From IMG/VR virus record IMGVR_UViG_3300025617_000009, positions 51,085 through 115,084 of that record: DNA of 64,000 nt, one strand, 5' to 3'. Positions 1 to 10,200 of this stretch are shown piece after piece; the stretch's first letter is position 1, and each line of letters begins with the position of its first letter. Both the position numbers and the translations under genes were made by a program. The notes under the pieces were generated by a model. It was not told where the DNA came from, made no database searches, and worked only from the letters and a program-made list of their open reading frames with translations. The DNA comes from a virus.

Positions 1-1
1 T

Positions 2-532
2 ACATATGAAAAAGAAATGCAGATTAACCAAGCAGTTGTTGCTCAGGCAGAAGAAGACGCAGGACTTAGTGGATACGATACAAGTCACTTGTACACACTT
101 GCTACTAATGATGACGGCAGTGTTGACCTTGTAACTATTGACCAAGACGATATCGATGTAAGTGCAGAAAGTATTATTTCTGATGAAATATACGGTAGAC
201 CAGATAGGCAAGGCTACGACGGTTATCTAGTAGATGCAGAGATTGCTCCTAACGGTGCTCCTTACGGCGCTGGCATTAGTTTCCCTCCAGAAAATCAACC
301 TGGAGATTATTTTTTACGCACAGACTTTTCGCCCAAACGCTTGTTTAGATTTGACGGCACACGTTGGGTCAAAGTACAAGATGGTGTTAGAATGACAATG
401 ACTAATGGCCCGGATAGGCAAACACAAAAAGGTACGTTTATTAATAACACCAATGTTGATAGTATAGGTGGCGAAGACGTACAAGAAAGACAGAGTCTAA
501 GTAAGGCACTTAGACCTAAGGCGGATAACTAA
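2..532 (+). CDS. gp14: Neck protein gp14-like, C-terminal part (5' truncated by window)
   Basis: The frame is open to the window edge (TYEKEMQ...). Its stop overlaps the start of the gp15-like gene (TAATG at 530-534), matching T4 gene 14-15 synteny. Confidence 0.55.
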   Translation, partial: TYEKEMQINQAVVAQAEEDAGLSGYDTSHLYTLATNDDGSVDLVTIDQDDIDVSAESIISDEIYGRPDRQGYDGYLVDAEIAPNGAPYGAGISFPPENQPGDYFLRTDFSPKRLFRFDGTRWVKVQDGVRMTMTNGPDRQTQKGTFINNTNVDSIGGEDVQERQSLSKALRPKADN

Positions 533-1968
533 TGCAGTTTTTTTACGACGGTCAAATAAGAAGATATATCACTCAAATGGTAAGATTAATGAGCAACTTT
601 TCTTATCAAGACGGTAGAGGAAATCTTACTCTAGTACCTGTACTATATGGAGATATGACTCGTCAAGTTGCTAATATTATTCGTGATAACTCTGAAAACA
701 AGATTCCTAGTGCACCGAGAATGGCAGTTTATGTAACTGGTTTAGAAATGGATCGCAGTCGTACAGCAGATTCTAGTTATGTAAACAAAATAAACATTCG
801 TGAAAAAGCATATGATACAGACGGCAACGAATATCTAAACATACAAGGTAAAAACTACACAGTAGAGCGTCTTATGCCTACGCCTTATACACTGTCAATG
901 AATGTTGATATATGGAGTACAAATACAGAACAAAAACTTCAAATCTTAGAACAAATACTAACACTGTTTAATCCTAGTTTTGAAATACAAACTACAGATA
1001 ACTATGTTGACTGGACTAGTCTAAGTGTTGTAAATCTTGAAGGCACAACATTTTCTAGTAGAAGTATTCCAGTAGGTGTTGACAGCGACATAGATGTTGC
1101 TACTCTACAGTTTAGTACACCTATATATATTTCACCGCCTGTTAAAGTTAAGCGTCTTGGAGTTATCACCGATATTATTACCAGTATTTTTAACGAAGAA
1201 GAAGGAACCATTGATTTAGGATTAACTTCACCACAGGTAAATGCATATGACGACAGTCCAGAACCTGGACGTACTAATGTAACCGAAGACGATGTACAAA
1301 CTGACATGAACAATAGCGGTGTTACATTTAGCACAAACTATGCAGATCTTGGAGTGTACGTCGACGGTAATATTCTAAGACTTATTAGTAAGAACCAAAT
1401 AGGAACAACAAACTGGCGCAATGTGTTAGATAATGTTTCGGGACAATATCAAGCAGATATTAGTCGTATATACCTTAGTAACTTAGATACAGGAAGTGTA
1501 TACACAGGTACTATTACTTTAAATGAGTTAGATGAAACACAACTTATTGTTAACTGGGATTCTGATAGTTTTCCTAATGATACAGTAATAGAAGGTCCTG
1601 CAAGAAACAGTGCTAGTTGGACTAGCATAGATTACATCATAGATCCTCAAAAGAAAAATCCTACAGATTTAAAAGCTGCAGGTGTAAGAATATTATTACT
1701 TAATAATATAGGCGATGCGGCTAACACAGATGGGCCAGATGCTTGGAAGAACAACGACGGCACTGATTTTATAGGCGGCGAAAACGATATCATTGAATGG
1801 ACTGGCACACAGTGGGTTACAGTATTTGATGCAAACGAAACCGCAGAAGCAACATACACTACTAACCTTAACACAGGTATACAGTACAAGTGGACAGGCG
1901 AATATTGGTTGTTAAGTATTGATGGAGAGTATCCAAAAAGTTCTTGGAGAATGGATCTCAACGGCTAA
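532..1968 (+). CDS. gp15: Tail completion/sheath stabiliser gp15-like with C-terminal extension
   Basis: N-terminal FFYDGQIRRY, VPVLYG, PRMAV, PTPY and LQILEQILTLFNPS motifs are typical of T4 gp15-family proteins. Confidence 0.75.
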   Translation: MQFFYDGQIRRYITQMVRLMSNFSYQDGRGNLTLVPVLYGDMTRQVANIIRDNSENKIPSAPRMAVYVTGLEMDRSRTADSSYVNKINIREKAYDTDGNEYLNIQGKNYTVERLMPTPYTLSMNVDIWSTNTEQKLQILEQILTLFNPSFEIQTTDNYVDWTSLSVVNLEGTTFSSRSIPVGVDSDIDVATLQFSTPIYISPPVKVKRLGVITDIITSIFNEEEGTIDLGLTSPQVNAYDDSPEPGRTNVTEDDVQTDMNNSGVTFSTNYADLGVYVDGNILRLISKNQIGTTNWRNVLDNVSGQYQADISRIYLSNLDTGSVYTGTITLNELDETQLIVNWDSDSFPNDTVIEGPARNSASWTSIDYIIDPQKKNPTDLKAAGVRILLLNNIGDAANTDGPDAWKNNDGTDFIGGENDIIEWTGTQWVTVFDANETAEATYTTNLNTGIQYKWTGEYWLLSIDGEYPKSSWRMDLNG

Positions 1969-1975
1969 CTACTGT

Positions 1976-2413
1976 ATGACAGATAAAATCGTATGCAGCG
2001 GTGCTCTATTTTACAGCTTATCTACAAAACGTTTCTTATTTTTACATCGTACTCAAGGTAAAAACAATAATCTTTGGGGATTAGTTGGCGGAACCAACGA
2101 AGGTGAAGAAACTCCGTGGGAAGGTCTTAAACGAGAAATATCAGAAGAAATAGGCAATAATCACGAAGTTACAAAAGTTATACCTTTAGAAACTTTTGTA
2201 AGCAGTGACAGCAGATTTTTATTTCATACATACCTTTGTCTTGTAAAGGAGGAGTTTATTCCCACACTTAACATAGAACATGACGGCTATTCCTGGGTGA
2301 GTTTTGGCAAATGGCCAAAGCCTCTACATCAAGGATTGCGTAATACTCTGAACAACAAAAACAATATTTCTAAACTAGAAACAGTATTCCGAGTAATCGA
2401 TTTAACACAATAG
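1976..2413 (+). CDS. NUDIX hydrolase
   Basis: Nudix box GGTNEGEETPWEGLKREISEEIG (GX5EX7REUXEEXG). Start placed at ATG 1976 to avoid overlap with gp15. Confidence 0.85.
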   Translation: MTDKIVCSGALFYSLSTKRFLFLHRTQGKNNNLWGLVGGTNEGEETPWEGLKREISEEIGNNHEVTKVIPLETFVSSDSRFLFHTYLCLVKEEFIPTLNIEHDGYSWVSFGKWPKPLHQGLRNTLNNKNNISKLETVFRVIDLTQ

Positions 2414-2425
2414 AAAGGACAACCA

Positions 2426-3250
2426 ATGCGTATCTTAGTAACAGGACACAAAGGGTTTATCGGACAAAATATCTCAAAATATTTAATACAACAAGGACAC
2501 GAAATAGAAGGATGGGAATGGATTCCTAACACTGTACCAGATCCTAGTTCGTATGATTGGGTTGTACATTTAGGAGCAATCACAGATACTACTTGCAAAG
2601 ATGTAGAACAAATTATGGAACAAAATCTAGAGTTTAGTCTTAGATTATTACAAGTATGTGATATGACAGGGACAAACTTTCAATATGCTAGTAGTGCCAG
2701 CGTTTACGGAGATTTAAAAACTTTCAACGAAGAAGGACCGTTTTATCCTATGAATCCATATGCTTGGAGCAAATATCTTTTTGATAGATTTGTAGATCAA
2801 CACATAGACGGATTTACAATCAAAGTACAAGGATTTAGATTTTTTAATGTTTATGGAAATCATGAAGAGCACAAAGGAAATATGGCCAGTGTGTTTCACA
2901 AGTTTATAAAACAAGCACGTACTACTCAAAATATTCAAGTATTTGAAAACAGTGAAAATTATTCTAGAGATTTTATTTGTGTAGACGATGTATGTGATAT
3001 TATGTCTAAGTTTATGGACAAAGACGTAATGGGTGTTTTTAATCTAGGAACAGGTTCTGCAACAAGCTTTGCAGAGGTTGCAAAATATATTGCAAGAGTG
3101 TATAATAGTAGTATACAAGAAATACCTATGCCAGATAACTTAAAGGCACAATATCAAAAGTTTACACAAAGTAATAATAACCTTTTATTATCTGAGCTAG
3201 GTGATTATAAGTTTACATCAATATACGAGTGGATAGATAAAAATGGATAA
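2426..3250 (+). CDS. hldD: ADP-L-glycero-D-manno-heptose 6-epimerase-like extended SDR
   Basis: TGHKGFIG Rossmann motif, HLGAITDTT, YASSASVYG, YAWSK catalytic YxxxK, FNVYG.HEEHKGNMASV, RDFICVDD and YQKFT are all RfaD/HldD-like. AAGGA SD upstream. Confidence 0.85.
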   Translation: MRILVTGHKGFIGQNISKYLIQQGHEIEGWEWIPNTVPDPSSYDWVVHLGAITDTTCKDVEQIMEQNLEFSLRLLQVCDMTGTNFQYASSASVYGDLKTFNEEGPFYPMNPYAWSKYLFDRFVDQHIDGFTIKVQGFRFFNVYGNHEEHKGNMASVFHKFIKQARTTQNIQVFENSENYSRDFICVDDVCDIMSKFMDKDVMGVFNLGTGSATSFAEVAKYIARVYNSSIQEIPMPDNLKAQYQKFTQSNNNLLLSELGDYKFTSIYEWIDKNG

Positions 3251-3632
3251 CCCGACTAGACTTTCTGGAGCAGTAAAAAAAGGCTGGGGATATGAGCTAA
3301 TATTTGCAACCAACGATTTGTACTGCGGTAAAATCATAGTTTTTGAAAAAGCTGGTGCAAAAACTAGTATGAACTTTCACAAAGAAAAAGACAAAACTTG
3401 GTTTATTAACTCAGGTAGTTTTTTATTACGAACTATTGAAACTAAATCTGCTACACTAATCACTAAAGAATTAAAGGAAGGCGATGCTTGGCACACTCCG
3501 CCATTAATTCCTCACCAATTAGAAGCATTAGAAGATAATTCTAGTTTAACAGAAGTAAGCACACCTGATTCAGTTGAAGATATGCATAGAATTAGTCAAG
3601 GCGATACACAACTCGAGGCTAAAAATGGTTGA
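3243..3632 (+). CDS. Cupin-fold protein (sugar isomerase/epimerase-like)
   Basis: KGWGYE...YCGK...SMNFH...TW...PPLIPHQL...EVSTPDSVED cupin pattern, located between hldD and gmhB. Confidence 0.7.
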   Translation: MDNPTRLSGAVKKGWGYELIFATNDLYCGKIIVFEKAGAKTSMNFHKEKDKTWFINSGSFLLRTIETKSATLITKELKEGDAWHTPPLIPHQLEALEDNSSLTEVSTPDSVEDMHRISQGDTQLEAKNG

Positions 3633-4242
3633 TATTGTTTGGAGTGGCAAAGACGATCTACGTTATAAAGATCCGAGCTGGATCGCTCCTAACGTAGTTG
3701 TAGGTTTAGATCGTGACGGCGTACTTAATGAAAATGTCGAAGGATATTGTACTAAGCCTGAACAGTTCGTACCAATAGAAGGCAGTCTAGAAGCGGTTGC
3801 TAAACTTCGCAAACTGGGACATAAGACTGCTATTATTACTAATCAAGGATGTATAGAAAAAGGTATTTGCACTCAAGAAGATGTAGAGCGTGTAAACACC
3901 TATATGTTTGAACTACTAGGCAAAGCAGGATGTCCTGTTGTTGATGCATTATATTTTTCTGCTAGTAGCCGCAAGGACGATGAGTGGGCTAAACCTAATG
4001 TTGGTATGTTTAAACGTTGTGAGCGAGAACACCCTCACATCAAGTTTAATAAAGGGTACTATGTAGGTGATAAACTTACAGATTTGAAAGCCGCTGTAAA
4101 AATAGGTGCTACGCCTATTTTAGTTCGTACAGGACACGGCTTAGAAACAGAACAAGAACTGAATAAGTTTACATACAGAAAACTTAAAAAGGCAACAAAG
4201 ATCTTTGACGATCTACAATCATTTGTTGCCACTTTAAGTTAG
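3625..4242 (+). CDS. gmhB: D-glycero-D-manno-heptose 1,7-bisphosphate phosphatase (HAD IIIA)
   Basis: DRDGVLN, ITNQG, KPNVGM, VGDKLTD and LVRTGHG motifs. Likely start is ATG 3625 after GAGG. Confidence 0.8.
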   Translation: MVDIVWSGKDDLRYKDPSWIAPNVVVGLDRDGVLNENVEGYCTKPEQFVPIEGSLEAVAKLRKLGHKTAIITNQGCIEKGICTQEDVERVNTYMFELLGKAGCPVVDALYFSASSRKDDEWAKPNVGMFKRCEREHPHIKFNKGYYVGDKLTDLKAAVKIGATPILVRTGHGLETEQELNKFTYRKLKKATKIFDDLQSFVATLS

Positions 4243-7200
4243 GCTTGCGCTTCGCCCCAACGTAGAATAATATTTGACGTTGTATCTGCACCTGATGTTT
4301 TATATACGTTAATAGCCAGTACATCAGGACCATTAGGGAATGTACCTCGCCCTCCTAAAGTAGTATTTGTCAATTCTTTTAACGTATCTAAGTTTAGATT
4401 AGCACGTTCGCCCGGTGTTGCAATAAACGAGAATACTGTTTCACCTGGTTGTGCATAAGGCGGTTCTACAAACTCTACAGTAATAGTACCCGTGCCAGCT
4501 ACCAATGTTCCATTGTACGAGTTATTGAATATTATTCTATAGTATATTGTGCCTGCAAACTCTTCTTCTGAAATACTCTGTATCTTTGTGTTAGCAGGGA
4601 AGTTACCAGCGGTTGTAGCAACAACATCTGTACCTACACTGGCGCCTGAGGCTGTTAATGATGCAGCAGTAGCAAGCATAAAGTTACGTCCTACAAGATC
4701 ACCACCTCGAGAAAATGTTATTGTCTCGCTGTCTTGGATTCTTCCACTGAACCGCTGATTTAGTCGAACAATATAGTTATTCTGCCAAGAGTTTTCTATT
4801 CGTCTTACCGTTGTGCCTGCAGGGAAAGTTGCGCCACCAGCTGCAGATACCAGACTATCACCTGCTTCTAATCCGATATTATTTACACTATCTCTAGTCA
4901 TATATATGTAATCAGCATTATTGGCATTCATAAAGAACGATGTAGTTGCTGTTCCTGTAATAGCAGACTGTGCTGTAATATTTGCTTGTACTGCACTTTG
5001 ACCAGTTGACCATTGAACAGAACCGCCTGCGGCAATCTGTGCAAAGCTAGGCTGACCACCTTGTGCTTCTGAGCTTAGTCCCGACCATACAATATTTGCT
5101 GGGTTATCTGGATAGTTTTGAGGATTAAGTACGCCTTCAACAACAATGCCACCTGTGATTGGTGCATTTGAGTTTGCAGGGTCGACACCGTCTGAACTGA
5201 TTTCAATACCTTGAATCAATAACTGGGCACGATTTAACAGTTCGCGTTCGCCTAAGTCACCTGTAATAGCGTTTGATACACTAGGTGCTAGACGCAACAA
5301 GAATGCTGTTTGTTTGATTGTACTGACTGGAATACTCTGTTCTGTGTAAGAGAAAATATATCCACGATCTTCGTCAAAGTTACCATCTGTAATAAACGAT
5401 GAACCCCAATGACTAATAAGTGGTGTAATAGTGTTGCTTACTAGTACAACGCCAGTTCTATTAGAATGCGATGCTGCTGATCCTGCTGTATACGATCTTT
5501 GTGCTCCAGCATTAAAGTTTGTAAGGTTAGCACTTCTAGTACAACCAGTTAATCTATTATTATCAATATCCACACCAGTAAATGATATTAGCTCGTTGTC
5601 TATATACACTGTTCCTCCACTTGGTGGGAAGAAACTAGCATCTTGCAACGGTATAAAGTCTTGCGAAGGCGTCATGTCTGCACTTAATCGATCATTTGCA
5701 CCTTCGTTGGTTACTTCATAACGTACAGGCAAGTTACCTGAACGCATGTATGCTTCAGTGTTTACGTTAGAGTTACGTATTCTGTGTGCGTATACAAAGT
5801 TACCGTCTGCACCGCGGACCATAAAATCAATAAAACCAGCACCATACCATGAATATTGAATACCAATCATCTGCATCTTAGCAGGATCAATGTTGTATTT
5901 ACTAGCACCTGTGCCATCTAATCTATCAAGGTTAAAGTCTTGTTGTCTAATCTTTTTATCTGTAATCAAACATGCTTTAGCACCTGAAATATTTACAACG
6001 CCTCGGAAATCTGGAGTGACTGTCATCTCTGTTTGTGAGGTTACACCTGAAATAACGTGTGTCATACCTTTAATAACAATTCTGTCGCCTGCTTTTACTT
6101 GGTCGCGGAATCGTGTGCCTGTACCTGTTACTAAACTACTGTCACTATCAATAGCAATAGTACCTGCTAGTTGTTTAGTAGATGTTCTTTGTACTACACT
6201 TAGATATGTTCCATCATATTCCCAAAAGATTCCGTTCTGATCGTCAAAAATACCTGAACGTACAGTAGCACCATTCCACGCTACTGTAGATATTTGAGCG
6301 CCAAATCCGATAACTGGGTCTGTACTTCCCAATCTGTATTGTGCTGTAACTCTAAATGTTCTTTCGTTGACGATATCAGTAACAGTATAATCGTGATTGT
6401 ATCCTGGAGTTTCTACACCAATAATGCGTATCTGACCACCTACTTGTAAGCCGTGATCGTTTTCATCAGTAGTAACTGTAATAGTTGATCCTATTTCTAC
6501 GTTATCTGCTGAGATACTTAAAATATCATAACTTGGTGCAAACAATGCACCGGTGGTATACATAATACCTTTACCTGATTGATAACGAATATATTTTTTA
6601 CTTTGACGTATTGCTTGCGCACCATGTTGCGGACCGCCTGTGCCTAGTTGTACGCCGCCGTCATACGGTCTGTGAATAAAGAAGCTGTCAGGTTTAGGAT
6701 AAATGTTGCCTGCAATAACATCATTATCGTCAATGGCTCCTGGCGCTCTTGCTTGATATGTTAAAGTCAACGCATCTGGCACACTTGTAGCAATGTATGG
6801 ACCGTTTGCAAGATTATGATTGTTTACACCGTCGTCGGAGTTGATTACAACGTTAAATCCACTACCAGGTATTAATCCATGAGCAGTTTCAAACGTTACT
6901 AGAATAGTTGCAAGTGCGCTAAAACTAATAGTATCACCGTTGGTTATTCCGCCTACAGTAGATTCACTGAGTGTAACACTGCTAATAAAATCTAATGCAG
7001 CGCCTGCTACTGCTGTTCCTGAATCTGTAAATGTAACAATACTACCCGCTGAATCAACGTCAGTTACTGTAATTAGAATATCGTTAACACCGTCAACTCC
7101 ACCCAAATCGTTACCACTAATTATTAATCTATTACCAGTTTCATAACTTACACCTGTACTAACTAATGTTACAGATGTATATGATCCCGAATCTCGTGTT

Positions 7201-10200
7201 ACGTTAAATGTTGCGCCGCTACCGTTAATAGTAATATTAGAGCCAGATACAGCAGTATATGTTCCGACGTCGCCGGCGGCAGTGCCTGTAAACGTAGAAC
7301 TAGCAATGCTTCCGTTTGTTCCTATTGCTGTTACAGTTACTTCAATATCGTTAGTAGGACTAGCTCCTCCTACAGATGTACCTGGAATAATAACAGTCTG
7401 TCCAACGCCATAATTAATACCTACATCTGCTTCAGTAACACTATAAACACCGTTAACAATATCAACATCCCATGTTGCGCCCGAACCTACGATATTATCT
7501 GCTGTTAATCCTAAACCATTTACTACATCTCTATTAGCTGCTGTACCTGCAATAGAAAATGTTAGTATTTCTCCGTTTACATCTACAGTATTAACAGTAA
7601 TTGTTAGATTATTAGTTCCATCATCGCCGCCAAGTTCACTACCTAATATAGTAATAGTATTAGTAGGAGCATAATCTACACCAGCAGCAAACAATGTTAC
7701 AGAATATACATCAGCATTTTTATCTATGTTAAACGATGCGCCTGTTCCAATACCATTAGTAGTACTTTGAGTTACAGCACTATAACTTTCAACAACATCT
7801 GGCGCAGTTCCTGTAAATGTATATGATGTAATATATCCGCTACCATCTACACCAGTAACTGTTATAACTATATCGTTAGTTGTTACAGCACCGTTTGGTA
7901 TTGTAACACCCGATATCAATAGTTTATCGTTTTCTACATAGCCTGACATAGTTGGTAATGCCGTCCCCGAACCAGATATTGTAGAAATAGTACCCAACAA
8001 TGTTGTTTCTGATCCAGCAGTTATTGCTGTTATATCTACGGTGAGGTCATTAGTTGGAGAAGATCCTCCTATTTGATCACCGGTGATCAAAATAGTCTGA
8101 TCAGATGCATAGTTAGTGCCTGCATTATTAACTGTTACAACATATGAAGATGCTGATACTTCTACGTCAAATGTTGCGCCTGATCCTACAATGTTTGACG
8201 TTGATAAACTTTCCCTAGTTTCTTCGTCAACAGCAGTGCCTGAAACATTTACTGTTAATATTTCTCCGCCTACGTCAACAGATGAAATTGTGATAGTTAC
8301 ATCATTGGCAGGAGTAGCTCCACCTAATAAATCACCTGTAACTACTTTAGAATCACCATTGGTATAACCACTACCTGCGTTTGTAATATTTACTAGGTAG
8401 TTTTGATTATCTGTTGTAATATCAAATTGTGCATTAGTGCCAGTGCCTGTATCAAAGTCTAATCCGCCATATAATCTACTAGTACTAGGTGCACCTGATG
8501 AATCATATGTAAATGTTGTTATTGCGCCGGTACCATCTACTCCTGTAACTTTAATATAGAGATCGTTAGCAGGAGTAGTTCCTCCTAGATTACTACCAGT
8601 TATTTGAATTATATCATTTACTGCATATCCTGAAGTTGCCGCTCCAGAAAGTTGTACGTCACTAAATCCCGTACTAGACCATGTTACATCAAATAATACA
8701 CCAGATCCGTTTCCTTGCTGTGTAGTTCCTGTGACATTTGTATACGTAGGATTGGAAGTGTCTAAACTATAAACATTGTCTTCCCAAGTAACATCAAAAC
8801 TTGCACCTGCGCCATTACCATGCTGATAGTTGCCTTCTATACTGGTGTACGAAGCATTACCGTCAAATGCTGCGCCAGCAATAGTAGCAGTAAGGATTCC
8901 TCCTGAAGAATCTACAGTCGATATTGTAATAGTTGCATCGTTGGTTGACGATAATCCGCCTAAGTCTGCTCCGTCTACAAGTATTTCTTCGCCAGCATCA
9001 TAATTTGTACCTGCTTGAGTTATTGCATCTATTGTATAAGATCCACCGGCTCTGCTAATGGTAAACTCTGCGCCAGAACCAATGACTAAATCAGCAGATG
9101 CATTTACTCCGATGTAATCTACAACATTTCCTATAATAGTCGAACTAAGTTCATCTGATAAATTTACAGTATTTCCTACTACGTTTAATACAGTAACGCC
9201 AACGCCGTCTCCGCGGTCTACTGCTAGTCCTGGCAGAATTCCTGTTACACTGTCTACATTAACAGAAGTCGATCCTGCCGGAGCATCGTTAGTAACATTC
9301 GGAGATACAACTGTTCCTCCAGCACCTACAATACCAGTTACCTGTGTACCTTGATTTATACCATTACCACTTAACGGAGAACCTATTTCTGGCACGTCAT
9401 CTTCAAATGGTATAAAATCACTTCCAATAGGAACATTTAATGCTGCTGTCATTACACCACTGCTGCCTTGACTATCAATAGTAAACTCTGGGCTACCAAT
9501 AGTAGCTCCTGTATAGAAACCTGCTTTTCTAAGAACGGTAAAGTTTGTAGCCATTTCTTCACCAGAGGTTGTTCCTACTTTTGCTTTTGCTAGGTATGTG
9601 AACTCGTTCGTAGCCGGTGTACTTGTAACAATAAATGTTCCTTCTGCTCTTGCAGCACCTACAACACCTAAATCTAATGCTTTGACTACAACAGGATCGC
9701 CTTCTTCTAATGTATGAGCACCAGCAGTTGTTACTGTAATAACACTAGAACCTACGCCCTGAGATCCAATACTCGCATCCGTAGTAGCACTTGTAATATT
9801 AAGTTCTGTACCTACTACTTCATAAGTTGAAGGATATCCACGTAGTGTGCCAATAGCACTCCACTTAGTAGGCTGTAAACCGTATTCAAAGTCAGCATCA
9901 AGCATCGACAACGGAGGTGCAACACGCATACGTTCAATGGCGTCAGTTCCAAAGTCAAATGGTCTTGTTCTTAGTTCTTTTTCGTCTATGAATATTTGAA
10001 TATCGTCTGCAGCATCTTGTCCTGTTGTATCAGCAAATAGATTTACAATAGTAACAGCGTCTGTTTTATCTAAGAACTTAGGAAAATCGTCATCTTCTTC
10101 TGTGTGGTACTCTAAGAAACCTCCTAGTTCTGCTTTAGCAAAGTTGTAAATAATCTCACCACGATCAGTGTTTGTCATTAACAAGAAATCAGCGTTATTA

